Shown here piece by piece: positions 31,114-46,016 of a DNA stretch of 64,000 bases. Positions within the stretch are counted from its first letter, which is position 1. Each line of letters opens with the position of its first letter. The position numbers and the translations under genes are program-made. Under the pieces are notes generated by a model. That model saw only the letters and a list, made by a program, of their open reading frames with translations, was not told where the DNA came from and made no database searches. This DNA is from Chrysomallon squamiferum (Eukaryota; Animalia; Mollusca). The DNA lies in the NCBI GenBank assembly GCA_012295275.1, contig CM022671.1, forward strand, positions 32,736,001-32,800,000, given 5' to 3'.

Positions 31114-33955
31114 AGCTGCTGCTGCTGCTGCTACTACTAGTACTAAAAATAATAATACGAAGAAGAAGAAGAAGGAGGTTGACGAAGTAACGGTACAGTT
31201 TTCTAATAGTATCGCAACGGACAATACATCAAATCAACATGTAAACAACAGTGTAAACTAAAAGAAAAACACTATCAGAACACCACTCTCCTGTGGAAGA
31301 AAGAAATGAAAACAGATGTAAAGCTGCGAGACGCAGAATAAAAACCACACTTACTTTATCACGACAATGTCGTTCTGGGATGTGGATGTGGAATTTCTAG
31401 CATAGAATGTAGAGATGATTAACTTTATAGTCTTACACTACAATACGAAATTTCTATTACATCTGAAGAATTAATCGACCAAAACAGCTATTTCATATAA
31501 TGCTATCATGCTTATCATGCTCCAAATCGAATAGTAAATTACATTTATGGAAATATAAAATTGTACACAAAAGATGGTTAAAAAATTGTTTTCAGAAATA
31601 AGGTATTCTGTTTATGACATAATTATTACTATTGTGTTTGTCTATCTGAAGCTAAACTGACAGCACCACAGATGGCAATGAGATTATTCTTTTTCTAAAT
31701 TTCTACTGAAAGCTTTTTGTTGCAAATAATGAATAGATTTTGAAATGGTAGTAAAAAATCGAATCTATGTTGTTACTGATTTAGTTTCATTTTCATACTA
31801 TTAATTACTTCATAATGATCTGTAATTAAAAATCATAACAGCCGACTTGACAGAATATATATATATAATTTTTTAAAAACAAACTTGAATTCTTAATGAT
31901 TCATCTCTATTGCACCAAGTAAATAAAAATAATTTTTTGAAATTTGTATATGCATGTTTTCCGAACATTGGGCTGTAAACGCTTTTACATTTCATTAAAG
32001 ATGTAGAGATTTATAATAAGTATAAAAAATAGAACTCATTAGCATCTGTTTCTATTGGTTACTAAATACATTTGAAACGCATTTTCGCCTGAATGGGTAA
32101 TTAAATTTGTACATTAAATACTCGACATCGAATACTGAAATGTAAGCCAGAATCAGCTACCAGCTAATTCATACCTACGCCCAAACATCATGATGCAAAG
32201 ACACTTTTGTGAGAGAAAAATAAAACAGATAATGAATAAATGATAGACGAATTCTGAACTGTAATATTCGTTGTTTCTTCTACTTTGATATTTATTTATT
32301 TGTTTATTTTATTTGTAAACTGGTTTATCTGTTTATGTTAGAAACCTAGATCTTTGAACATTGACCAAAACCTGTTTTCCTCTTGACATTTATTCCTTGT
32401 ACTTCTTTTCACGTCATCCTTCTATTTCATTGTTATTTCCCTTGACCAAACATTTTCTACTATATACTTAAGCAAAAAGTTTTTGTAAATCACTGTTGCT
32501 TCGAAACAAATTAAAATAGGAGTGATAAAATTTGGTAATATGTTAGCTGCATCTGCTATTTGTCACATCGCACGCCGCTATGTCTACTGCACGTGCAAAC
32601 GCGGTGCGCTCGTGCTGTCCCCAGAAGCGCGTGCAATACGGACGTATTGAAATCACATTCTGATGCACTGACCCAACATTACCCAAAAACAAAAGTAAGA
32701 ATTTATCCTGTTATAATAGGTCGCTGTCCAGGCTTAATGGAAAATTAACGTCATGAAGCACTGGGACGGCTTAACGCCGGCCAACACGTACAAGATATCG
32801 CTCAATACTTTAGTGTTCGTGTCAGCACCATATGAAGATTCCGTCAACGGGTACCCCAAACTGGGCAAGTGCAAGATCGACCATGTTCTTCCAAGGGATG
32901 ATAGCTATCTAGTGACGTCGTCTTGGATTAATTGGATAGCACAATATCTCATCTCTTTATATTTGGCTTGATGGACGCAACTCAAGTAAATAAGAATTTA
33001 TGCTCTTGGAGAAGGTAGGGTTTCTTTAATAATACGATGAGACTGAAAGAATAAAATTCTTGTCAAGTAGAATCAGAAAAGATTATCAGTGGATAGAATT
33101 ACTGAATTAAAGATCCCGAATTAAAGTGAGGAGAAAATTGAATAAAATGCCTTCTACTGAGAGGAAACAGACAATTACTTATCTAAGACTGTATTTGTGA
33201 TGAAGGGGAAAATATGTCCAGTCTTACTATGAGCAGGTCTCTCAAATAATTTGATATTTCCGATAGGTTTGTGGAAGAAAGTTCAGTGTCAAAAAAGAAT
33301 ACTGCAGATGGAAAGAAATGTACTGACGTCAAGGGCAAGGACCCTTAGTTTTTTCATGATTAACGGAATGAAATGAATTATAGATTATCGAGGAAACTAC
33401 TGGTTATTAATTTTTATTTATTTTTTTATTTGTTTTATTAAACTTTAAGGACTGTAAATTATTTAATTTGATTACTAAAGGTACATTTTTGAAAAATTTG
33501 CAGCATTAAGTATTAATAACAATGAAACCGTTATTATCTGATTAAATCAAATGATACACATAATTTGAGAAGAAACAGCCTTTTGGCAAGGAGTTTCGAA
33601 TTTTAGAAATGACAAAATTCAACGGTTACATTCATTAAATGTTATTATCTAGTTAAAAAAGGTCAAGAACATCTTGTTTCTATGTCTTTTCCTTAGTATT
33701 AAGCATTATCGATCATCTTAGTAGCAAACAAAACAACAAAAAGATAAACTATTTGATTTGCTCAACTTTGTCTTACATTTTTCATCAATGAAATTAAAAC
33801 GAGGAAATAACAATAGAACAGTATGAAGCAGTTTCAGATATTTATTTACGTTTCAAAGTGATACTTGTCTTTATGACTTGTAGAAGTATCTATGCAGTTC
33901 TTTTTTCTATGGTTAGTGTACCGGAACACTAAAACATACTTGATCCTTTTTTTCA

Positions 33956-34644
33956 TCAGTGGTGATAATTTCTGAAAATAAATGGAATGATGACTGTTTA
34001 ATTATTTTTTAAATCCTTGTTGTAATTAAACACAAACAATGTCCAAAAATTTCTGTCTGTTACTCAGTTGTCTCTGTGAATCTATCATTCCTATCTATCT
34101 ACTTTGTATTTTTGTCAGTATCGTCACCTGTCTCCATACCTGTAATTCAGGCTGCAATAATGAGATGACAAGGAAGTACTAAATATGTGTATTTATAACG
34201 TAGAAATTATTTTTGAAGTATGTAATAATTATAACATGTATTGGAACGTTCGTAACATAAATAAATGCTCAGAAACAAAACAATAAAAGAAATGAAGGCA
34301 ACAATATTAGTAAAATAAATTTAAAACATCACAGATGTAAAACCAAATTAAGAAAAAAGGAAATAAAAATAACTTACTTCTTGTGGAATCTACGCCAGCC
34401 GTCATCTCTGTCATGATAATAGTCACGATCGTCATGTCTTCGATCATCATGTCCATGTTCCCTTCTGTAGTAATCTTAAAGTAATATAAATTTAAATTCA
34501 GAGACAAACACATTACATATGAGTAAATAAATAAATATAATTTTATAGATACATACATATTCATTAATGCATGCAGACACACACGCACACACACATAAAT
34601 ATACATGTACAAACACACATAAGTGCATACATACATATAGATGT

Positions 34645-34685
<41 letters not shown>

Positions 34686-34997
34686 GTTACATACAATAAA
34701 CCTATCATATTTTTATAACTACTTTCATATGAACGAATAGTACTATTTTACTATTGTAGTACCATCATCGTGTCTTTTGTGAACTTCTGAACGCGTTTCC
34801 CTGTCTATAATTTCATTTTCTACTTCATCTTCGTCACCATCCTCTCCAGCATCACGTTTCTCAGTGACTTTGTCGTCATCATCAACATCAGCAAGGTACG
34901 CGTCTTTCTCAGTTATAGACCGTTCGCTATCGTCTTCCTTAGCGTTAGTGAAAACAACAGCTACAGTTAACACAACCACGAGGAACAGTAGCTTCAT
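33956..34997 (-). CDS. Array copy F (115 aa), His/Asp/Arg/Tyr-rich peptide precursor
   Basis: Exons 34997-34763, 34474-34378 and 33971-33956. Mature part: RETR|SEVHKRHDDDYYRREHGHDDRRHDDRDYYHDRDDGWRRFHKKNYHH*. Confidence 0.88.
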
Positions 34998-37900
34998 GTT
35001 CAGCTTTCTGGCTAAAAAATACTGAGTGTGGTAGACAAATGTTCAAATAAATAAATAAATAAATAAATAAACAGCCTCTTCATTAGAATACACACATAAA
35101 ACAAAATACAAAAAATACATATAAACAGATATATAGGCTAGAGTAGTTCGTGGTCAATTAAATATCGTGATAATAATCATAATAACATTACTACTACTAC
35201 TACTACAGCTGATGCTGCTGCTACTACTACTACTACTACTAGTACTACTACTAGTACTACTACTACAGCTGGTGCTGCTGCTACTACTACTACTACTAAA
35301 AATAATAATACGAAGAAGAAGAAGAAGGAGGTTGACAAAGTAACGGTACAGTTTTCTAATAGTATCGCAACGGACAATACATCAAATCAACATGTAAAAA
35401 ACAGTGTAAACTAAAACAAAAACACTATCAGAACACCACTCTCCTGTGGAAGAAAGAAATGAAAACAGATGTAAAGCTGCGAGACGCAGAATAAAAACCA
35501 CACTTACTTTATCACGACAATGTCGTTCTGGGATGTGGATGTGGAATTTCTAGCATAGAATGTAGAGATGATTAACTTTATAGTCTTACACTACAATACG
35601 AAATTTCTATTACAGTTGAAGAATTAATCGACCAAAACAGCTAGATGAAAGCATATCATGCTCCAAACTAAATAGTAAATGATTGCTTTTATCGAAATAT
35701 AAAATTGTACACAAAAGATGGTTAAAAACATTGTTTTCAGAAATAAAGTATTCTGTTTTTCACATAATTATTACTATTGTGTTTGTCTCTCTGAAGCTAA
35801 ACTGATAGCACCACAGATGGCAATGAGATCATTCTTTTTCTAAATTTCTACTGAAAGCTTTTTGTTGCACATAATGAATAGATTTTGAAATGGTAGTAAA
35901 AAATCGAATCTATGTTGTTACTGATTTAGTTTCATTTTCATACTATTAATTACTTCATAATGATCTGTAATTAAAAATCATAACGGCCGACTTGACAGAA
36001 TATATATATATATATATATATATATAAGAATATATATATATATATATAATTTTTAAAAACAAACTTGAATCCTTAATGATTCATCTCTATTTCACCATGT
36101 ATATAAAAAATGTTTTTGGAAATTTGTATATGCATGTGTTCCGAACACTGGGCTGTAAACGCTTTTACATTTCATTAAAGATGTATAGATTTATAATAAT
36201 TATAAAAAATAGAACTCATTAGCATCTGTTTCTATTGGTTACTAAATACATTTGAAAAGCATTTTCGCCTGAATGGGTCTTTAAATTTGTACATTAAATA
36301 CTCGACATCGAATACTGAAATGTAAGCCAGAATCAGCTACCAGCTAATTCATACCTACGCCCAAACATCATGATGCAAAGACACTTTTGTGAGAGAAAAA
36401 TAAAACAGATAATGAATAAATGATAGACGAATTCTGAACTGTAATATTCGTTCTTACTTCTACTTTGATATTTATTTATTTGTTCATTTTATTTGTAAAC
36501 TGTTTTATTTGTTTGTTAGAAACCTAGATCTTTGAACATTGACCAAAACCTGTTTTCCTCTTGACATTTATTCATTATACTTCTTTTCACGTCATCCTAC
36601 TATTTCATTGTTATTTCCCTTGACCAAACACTTTCTACTATATACTTAAGCAAAAAGTTTAGCAAGTTTTTGTAAATGACTGTTGCTTCGAAACAAATTA
36701 AAATAGGAGTGATAAAATTTGGTAATATGTTAGCTGCATCTGCTATTTGTCATATCGCACGCCGCTATGTCTACTGCACGTGCAATCGCGGTGCGCTCGT
36801 GCTGTCCGCAGAAGCGCGTGCAATACGGACGTACTGAAATCACATTCTGATGCACTGACCGAACACTATCCAAAAACAAATGTAAGAATTTATCCTGTTA
36901 TAATAGGTCGCTGTCCAGGCTTAATGGAAAATTAACGTCATGAAGCACTGGGACGGCTTAACGCCGGCCAACACGTACAAGATATCGCTCAGTACTTTAG
37001 TGTTCGTGTCAGCACCATATCAAGATTCCGTCAAAGTACATCAAACTGGGCAAGTGCAAGATCAACCATGTTCTTCCAAGGGATGATAGCTATCTAGTGA
37101 CGTCATCTCGGATTAATTGGATAGCACAATATCTCATCTCTATATTTGGCTTGATGGACGCAACTCAAGTAAATAAGAATTTATGCTCTTGGAGAAGGTA
37201 GGGTTTCTTTAATAATACGATGAAACTGAAAGAATAAAATTCTTATCAAGTACAATCAGGAAAGATTATCAGTGGTCAGAAATACTGAATTAAAGATCTT
37301 GAATTAAAGGAAGGAGAAATTTGAATAAAATGCCTTCTAGTGAGAGGAAACAGACAATTACTTTTCTAAGACTGTATTTGTGATGAAGGGGAAAATATGT
37401 CCAGTCATACTAGGAGCAGGTCTCTCAAATAATTTGATATTTCCGATGGGTTTGTGGAAGAAAGTTCAGTGTCAAAGAAGAATACTGCAGATTGAAAGAA
37501 ACGTACTGACGTCAAGGTCAAGGACCCTTATTGTTTCATGATTAACGGAATGAAATGAATTATAGATTATCGAGAAAACTGTAATGGTTATTAATTTTTA
37601 TTAATTTTTGTATTTGTTTTATTAAACTTTAAGGACTGTAAATTATTTAATTTGATTACTAAATGTACATTTTTGAAAAATTCTGAACTTTGTCAGGCCT
37701 TTCATTTCTTCCTATTTACTTATTTATTTTCATTGTGAGTGTGAAAAAAAAAGTATCTCTGTTTCATATGTTTTTAAGAAATACTTTATTATTAAATTAG
37801 TCCAATACTTTGTTGCTTTTTTTTTTTTCTTGATCAGTATTACGAGTGTACGAATCCGATTCAAAATATTTTTCTCGCTCATGAAAATAGTACAGATTAC

Positions 37901-38908
37901 TGCCAAATGTTTCCTTAATTGTTGATGCACTGTCCAATGTGAAAACAAATTTTAATTGATCAATATACATATTCGTTGTATCTGTATTTTAATGAGTTAC
38001 TGACACAGTTTGTACGTAATCACTCCATTTAGGCTCAGTATTCTATAAAATGTATCAAGTTACACAAAAAGTAATAATTGGAATGACTTTTAAAAGCAAT
38101 TATATCATTCACAAGATTGATTTCTCTAAATGTTTCACGTTCAAAATACTCAAAATATTTCTTAATCAAAACTTTATTAAAAGTAGTTCAGTATTCTTCA
38201 AAATGTATTATTATTATTATTATAGTTGTCGCTCAGGTTTTCATTGCTACTGACAACAATAATTTATTATGAACACTGTTTAAAATAAGACGATAGGATT
38301 TGTCCTCCTAATGTACGGACATATTCATCAACATTTACGTCTTCGAAGGCTGAAATACTGGGAGAACTTCCACATATTCTCCAAAACTTGCCTCATCTAA
38401 TTAAGATCTATTCAAAACTTACTCGAAGAATAAAACAGCATAAGAAATTGTAAAAGACAAAATTAAATTATCTGTATTTTTTTCTTCAAACACCAAACAG
38501 ATTTGTAGATTGAGTATTAAAAAACATGTAAATAATTTGCAGCAAGTAAATATTAATAACTACGAAACCGTTATTATCTGATTAAATCAAATGATACACA
38601 TAATTTGAGAAGAAATCGCGTTTTGGCAAGGCGTTTCGAATTTTGGAAATGACAAACTTCAACGGTTACATTCATTAAATGTTATTATCTAGTTGGAAAA
38701 GGTTAAGAACATCTTGTTTCTATGTATTTTCCTTAGTATTAAGCATTATCGATCATCTTAGCAGAAAAAAAAAAAAAAAAAAAAAACTATTAGATTTGCT
38801 CAACATTGTATTACATTTTTCATCAATGAAACTAAAACGAGGGAAGAACAATAGAACAGCATGAAGCAGTTTCAAATCTTTATTTTCTTTTCAAGGTGAT
38901 ACTTGTAT

Positions 38909-39752
38909 TTATTTCCTGTAGAAGTATCTATGCACGTATATTGTTCCTCGACTTCTTTTGTAATGCGAATACACATAGTGTCTTCGACCTTTTTTCAGTG
39001 TTGCCATTCGATGACGTGGTAGATAAGCTCTGAAAATAAAATTAGAATGATCACTGTTTAATTATTTATTAAATCCTTGTTATAATTAAACACAAACAAT
39101 ATCCAAGAATTTCTGTCTGTTACTCAATTGTCTCTGTGAATCTATCATACCTATCTATCTACTTTGTATTTTTGTCAGTATCGTCACCTGTCTCCATACC
39201 TGTAATTCAGGCTGCAATAATGAGATGACAACGAAGTATTGAATATGTGTATTTATAACGTAAAAATTATTTTTGAAGTATGTAATAATTATAACACATA
39301 TTGCAATGTTTATATCATAAATAAATGCCAATAAAACCAGCAAGAACACAATAATAAAAGAAATGAAACCAATAATAATAGTAAAATAATACTAAAATAT
39401 CAGAGAAGCAACAAACACACACGCACGTGCGCACACACGCACACAAACACGTCGAAAAAAAAGATAAAGAAAAGAAAAAAGAAAGAACTTACCGCATTCC
39501 ATGTCCCCTATAAGCAGGAATAATCTTGAGGAAGTGGTGCCTACTGAATTGCTTCAGTGCAGCACAGTAACCTCCCGCTTTATTCCTTTGTATCACCACA
39601 TACCTGATTCGGTGGCCATGTAGCAATCTGTAGAAAACTTAAAACAAAACAGATTAACATTATTAAATAAATTTAGAAATAAACAATAATTAAATACGTT
39701 ATTTCAAGATATTCACACATTATGCAGATTGCGGCACACACACAGAGACATA

Positions 39753-39788
<36 letters not shown>

Positions 39789-40238
39789 TGTGAGTGTACA
39801 TATATATAATATACATTAATTGATGCAAACATATTAAAAACATACATGTCTACATGCATATATACATAAGTACATACCAACAATGAGACATACACACACA
39901 CACACACACACATATACATACATACATACACACTTACACACACAGAAACATACATACAATAAACCTATTATATTTTTATAACTATTTTCATATGAACGAA
40001 GTTAGACTATTTTATTATTTATGGTACCTTTTCTGTTGGAGTTTGATCGCGTTTCCCTGTCTATAATTTCATTTTCACCATCCTCTCCAGCATCACGTTT
40101 CTCAGTGACTTTGTCATCATCATCAACATCAGCAGGGTACGCGTCTTTCTCAGTCAGGAAGCTTTCTGTATCGTCTTCCTTAGCGTTAGTGAAAACAACA
40201 GCTACAGTTAACACCACCACGAGGAACAGTAGCTTCAT
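38909..40238 (-). CDS. Array copy G (158 aa), strongly cationic secreted protein precursor
   Basis: Exons 40238-40028, 39637-39493 and 39029-38909. Mature part: RETR|SNSNRKVFYRLLHGHRIRYVVIQRNKAGGYCAALKQFSRHHFLKIIPAYRGHGMRAYLPRHRMATLKKGRRHYVYSHYKRSRGTIYVHRYFYRK*. Confidence 0.9.
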
Positions 40239-43200
40239 GTTCAGCTTTCTGGCTAAATGAGACGAAAGTAATGAGCGTAGTAGACAGATGTTCAAATAAA
40301 TAAATAAGTAAATATATAGCTACGTCATTAGAATATGTATATTAAATAAAAATATACACGTAAACAGATACCACAGCAGTTGGTGGTCAATAGAACATCG
40401 TTATTTATAATAATAATAATAATGATGATGATGATGATGATGATGATGATAATAATAATAATAATAATGATGATGATAATAATAATAAGAAGAAGAAGAA
40501 GAAGAAAAAGAAACAGTACAGATTTCTAATAGTACAAAAAAAAATGGACAATATATCAAATCAGTATATGTATATATGAACTAACCATCAGAACACCAAT
40601 CTCCTCGCAAGAAAAGAAACTAAAAAATGTGAAAAGTTGCGAGACGCAGAATACAAACCTAACTTACGTTATCACGATAATGTCGTTTTGAGATTTAGAT
40701 CTGGAATTTCTGGGATACCATGCAGAGATTATGATTTTTATAGTTTAGACTACAATACAAATTCTATAACATTTGAAGAATTAAATCGACCAAAACAGCT
40801 ACATGAAAACATATTATGCTCTAAACTAAATAGTAAATTACATTTAGCGAGATGTAAAATTGTACACAAAAGATGGTTAAAAACAATACTTTCACAAATA
40901 AAGTATTCTGTTTCTCACATAATTATTAACACTATGTTTGTCTCTCTGAAGGTAAACTTACAACACCACAGATGGACTAAGATTATTGTTTTTCTAAATT
41001 TCTTCTAAATACATTTTGTTTCAAATAATGAATAGATTTTGAAATAGTAGCAAAAAATCGAATCTATGTTGTTTCCGCCAGTTCATTGTCTATTGTGAAT
41101 CTGTTTTCAGTTCAATTTATTTTCTGTTTGTTTATTGTGATCTGGAAAATACTAAATGAACTTATATGAATTAAACTATTTGATCATAAACTCTTTTTAG
41201 ATACACTGTAATTGTAGATGTCTTTCGTGGCTTGATCAAACATCCGTTTAATGAAATATTATCTGATTATTTCCGTTTTCATTCCATTAATTACTTTCTA
41301 ATAATCTGTAATTAAACATTTGAACAGTAGACCCGACAGGAAATAAATATATAATCTTCTTCAAAGAAACTTGAAATATGATTCTTCTCTATTGTACCAT
41401 GTTAATAAAATTTTGTATATGCATGATTTGATAATGTGAAAAATGGTTTTGCATATACTGGGCTTTACAGTTCATTAAATTTGTATACATTCATACTATA
41501 CATAAATCAGAATAGTACTAATTAACATCTGTTTTATGCAGATTACTAAATACATTTGAGCAGCACTTCGCCTGAATGGTTCTTTAAATTTGTAAATTAA
41601 ATATTCGACATCGAATACTGCATACTTGAACCAAACATCATAATGCAAAAACTCTTTTGTGAGAGAAAAATAAAACAGATAATGAATAACTGATAGTCGA
41701 ATTCTGAACTGTAATATTCGTTGTTTCTTCTACTTTGATATTTATTTATTTGTTTATTTTAATTCAAAAGTTTGTGATATGTTTTGGCGAGAAACCTAGA
41801 TATTCGAACATTGAACCTGTTTTCCTCTTGACATTTATTCCTTGTACTTCTTTTCACGTCTTCCTTCTATTTCATTGTTATTTCCCTTGAGAAAACACTT
41901 TGAACTGTTTCTATTTATGGTGTATCCGATTTATCAAAAATGACGATCAGGAAAAACACGAAATCGAAAAATACCAAATCTCATGGTTAGCGTCGTGTGT
42001 GTTTAATTCGTAATCTCTGAACTCAGTTCACGTCAGAAATAAATTTATATTTTTTACTGGAAATAATGAAAACATGTCTAAATAGTTAAAGAGATTCAGA
42101 GACATCAGTGACAAGTGTATGTACGCGTGCATGTATAATATAGAGAGACACCCGTAGTCGCACACACTGAGACACACACTGAGTTAAGAGACAACGAGAC
42201 AGACACGTGTAGAACAGAGACACTATGAGACACAAATAGCCAAATATCGACATATAAAATAGAGAATCGTACATAGACAATTTGGCAATACATGTAAACG
42301 GAATTAGCGAACGTTAAATTTTTGACATAAACGTTTAGAGATTTGTGAACTTACCACATTTTACTTTTCTAAAATTAGTGCCGTTCTTGCAGTAATGTTC
42401 TGGTTTGTAATAAACTTAGTTTTGTTGTCGCTTTTCTATCAGGTGAAAACAATAGTACCAATTATAAAAAATTATGTAGGAGAGACTCAACGACATCTGC
42501 TATTGCCATACACTAGTATTTTTTTTTTTTAAATAGCTCTCCTGATTGATTCTTCAAATTAGTAAAACTAATACTTGTCATTGAATACTCAAATATTTAC
42601 GAATTAATTCATTCGAATGTTTGAAACAATAACTAAAACAACAATGGCAGAAATATTTTATACCTTTCATAATCTGTCAGCATGGAAATACTTGTATTAC
42701 TCTCTGTGTCTATCTCTGTGTGCGTGCGTGTGTGTGTGTGTGTGTGTGTCTGCAAGAGAAACATATATACAAAATACCAACACACACACATAACAGCTTA
42801 CCTACGAAACTACCCGCCTACTTGCTTGCACACCTACATACATACTTACAAACATATATGTGATGAAGGGGAAAATATCTCCAGTCATACTATGAGCAAG
42901 TCTCTCGGATAATTTGAAATTTCCGATAGGTTTGTGGAAGAAAGTTCAATGTCAAAGAAGAATACTGAAGATGGAGAGAAATGTTCTGATGTCAAGGTCA
43001 AGGACCCTTATATTTTCATGATTAACGGAATGAAGTGAATTATAGATTATCGAGGAAACTGTACTGGTTATTAATTTTTGTTTTATTATTAAACTTTAGA
43101 TACTGTAAATTATTTAATTTCATTACTAAACGCACCTTTTTGAAAAGTCTTAACTGTCAGGCGCTTCATTTTATTTATTGATTTATTTTATTTTATTTAA

Positions 43201-44670
43201 TCATTTATTTATTTTATTGTTTTTATTTATTTATTTATTTTATTTTATTTATTTATTTTCAATGTGAGTGTGAATAAAACCGTCTCTGTTTCATACGTGT
43301 TCAAGAAATACTTTATTATTAAATTAGTCCAATACTTTGTTGCTTTTTTTTTTTCTTGATCAGTATTACGAGTGTACGAATCCGATACAAAATTTGCACC
43401 TTCACCGGCAAAATCTTTAGCAGGCTGTAACGTTCTGAAAAAACCTAAATCACAGCAGCCATTGGATGATTCGAGAAAGTTAGTAGATGTGATTTCAGGA
43501 ATGTGGAATATTTTTCTCGAACATTACAGATAGTACAGATTATTCCCAAATGTTTGCTTAATTTTTGTTACATTGTGTAGTCAGAAAAACATTTTAATTG
43601 ATAAAAACAGATATTCATTGCACCTGTCTTTATTTTAATAAGTTACTGATTCAGTTTGTACACGATCAGTACACCTAGGCTCAGTATGGCTATGAAAATT
43701 ATCACGTTACGAAAAAAGAAATAAATGGAATGACTTTTAAAAGCAGTTAAAATAATGCTGCCAGTATCATTGTTAACGTTTATTTCAAAATATTCTAAAT
43801 TTTCCTTTATTTAAAACTTTATTTACTCTATCTATTCAGAAGAACTTGTCACAAAAATCGTTTAGTATTCTTCTAAATATATTATTATTATTATTATTAT
43901 TATAGTTGTTGCTCTATTTTTCATTCGTACCGACAACAATAATATATTATGAACACGCTTTAAAATAATAAGTCAGGAATTGACTCCCTAATTCAGGGAC
44001 CCATCCATCAGTATTTACATGTACAAAGGCTGAACTACTGGGAGAATTTCCGCATCTTACTTATTCTATAGAACTTTCCTCAAATGTATAAGATCTGGTC
44101 AGAACTAGCACCAAGAATTGAAACAGCATAAGACATTGTAAGAGGTCGAAACTAAATTCGCTGTATTCTTTTTATTCAGACACCAAATAATTTTCTAGAC
44201 GCGACTTTTAAAAACTTGTGAACGTTTGCAGGAAATAATAAATAATAGTAATGCAACCGCTATCATCTGATTAAATAAAAATTAAGTCGTTTGAAAGTCA
44301 GTCAAAGTTTTATAACGTAGTTATGCGACAGCAGCATTGGCACAGGAAAGACGATTCACACAATTTGAGAAGAAACAGTGTCTAGCCAACGCGTTTTGAA
44401 TTTTAAATTTGACAGTCAAAATTCATACATTATTTTCAATAAATGTATTACCGAGTTGGAAATGGTCAAGAACATCATGTTTCTATTATCGTTTCTTTAT
44501 AATTAAGCATTATCGATCATCTTAGTAGAAAAAGATGAAAAAAAGAAACTTTTTGATTTGCTCAACTTGGTATTACACTTTTCATTCATTAAATTAAAAC
44601 GAAGGAAATAAAAAAGAACAGTATGAAGCAGTTTCAGATCTTTATTTACGTTTCAAAGCGATACTTGTCT

Positions 44671-45813
44671 CTATTTCCTGTAGAAGTATCTATGCGCGTA
44701 CACTGTTCCCAGTCTTCTGTTGTAATACAAATACACTACCAGATAGTGTCTTCGACCTTTTATCAGCATTGCAACTCGATGACGTGGTAGATAAGCTCTG
44801 AAAATAAAATTAGAATGATCACTCTTTAATTATTTTATTAAATCCTTGTTATAATTAAACACAAACAATGTCAAAAAATTTCTCTCTGTTACTCAGTTGT
44901 CTCTGTGTATCCATCATTCCTATCTATCTACTTTCTTACTATTTACATTCTATTTTTCTCAGTATCGCCACCTCTCTCCATGTCTCTAAGTCAGGCTGCA
45001 ATAGTGAGATGATAATGAAATATTAAATATTAGTATATTTATAACGTACAAATTATATCTGACATATTTAATAGAATAAATGAAAGCAATAACAATTGTA
45101 AAAATAATAATAATAAAATAATAAAAAAGAAAAGAAAAAGAACTTACTTCATTCCGTGTTTCTTATACGGATGAACTGAGTGGAAGCGGTACCCATAGAA
45201 CTGTTTCAGTGCAGCACACGAACCTCCCCTTCTGTGACTCGTTGTCACAACATACTTGATTCGGTGGCCACTTCTCACTTTGTAGAAAACTTAAAACAAA
45301 TAGAAACGTGATTAAACAAACTGACAGAAGAATTAAATGCATTAATTCAAGATTCTCACACATTTATATATATATATATATATTTATTTATTTATATATA
45401 TACTTTAATGGATGCACATATAGATAGTACATGTCTACATATACACATATATATATAAACAATAAAACATATATCCATCCATACATACATACATACATAC
45501 ATATATAAATATACGATAAACCTATCATATTTTTATAACTATTTTCATGTGAACGAACTGGTACAATTTTACAATTTACGATACCACGTCTTCTGTCGGA
45601 CGTTGAACGCGTTTCCCTGTCTATAATTTCATTTGCTTCTTCATCGTCGTCACCATCCTCTCCAGCATCACGTTTCTCAGTGACTTTTCCAGAATAATCA
45701 TCATCACCTAGGTCCAAGTCTTTCTCAGTCAGGATGCTTTCTGTATCGTCTTCCTTAGCGTTAGTGAAAACAATAGCTACAGTTAACACCACCACGAGGA
45801 ACAGTAGCTTCAT
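44671..45813 (-). CDS. Array copy H (165 aa), strongly cationic secreted protein precursor
   Basis: Exons 45813-45585, 45289-45148 and 44797-44671. Mature part: RETR|STSDRRRVFYKVRSGHRIKYVVTTSHRRGGSCAALKQFYGYRFHSVHPYKKHGMKAYLPRHRVAMLIKGRRHYLVVYLYYNRRLGTVYAHRYFYRK*. Confidence 0.9.
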
Positions 45814-45970
45814 GTTCAGCTTTCTGTAATGAGTATAGTAGAAAGATGTTCAAATAAATAATAAATAAATAAATGTACAGCCACGTCATTAGAATATGTA
45901 TATTAAATAAAATACATACGTAAACGGGTATCAGGCTACAGGAGTTGGTGTGGAATAGAACATCGTCATT

Positions 45971-46016
<46 letters not shown>

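Noticed and set aside
45163-45363. Cys-rich, conotoxin-looking ORF (..QVCCDNESQKGRFVCCTETVLW..)
   Set aside because: It is an off-frame reading of copy H exon 3. The intron phases and paralogues G and I support the VFYKVRSGHRIK frame, and the equivalent frame in G contains a stop.
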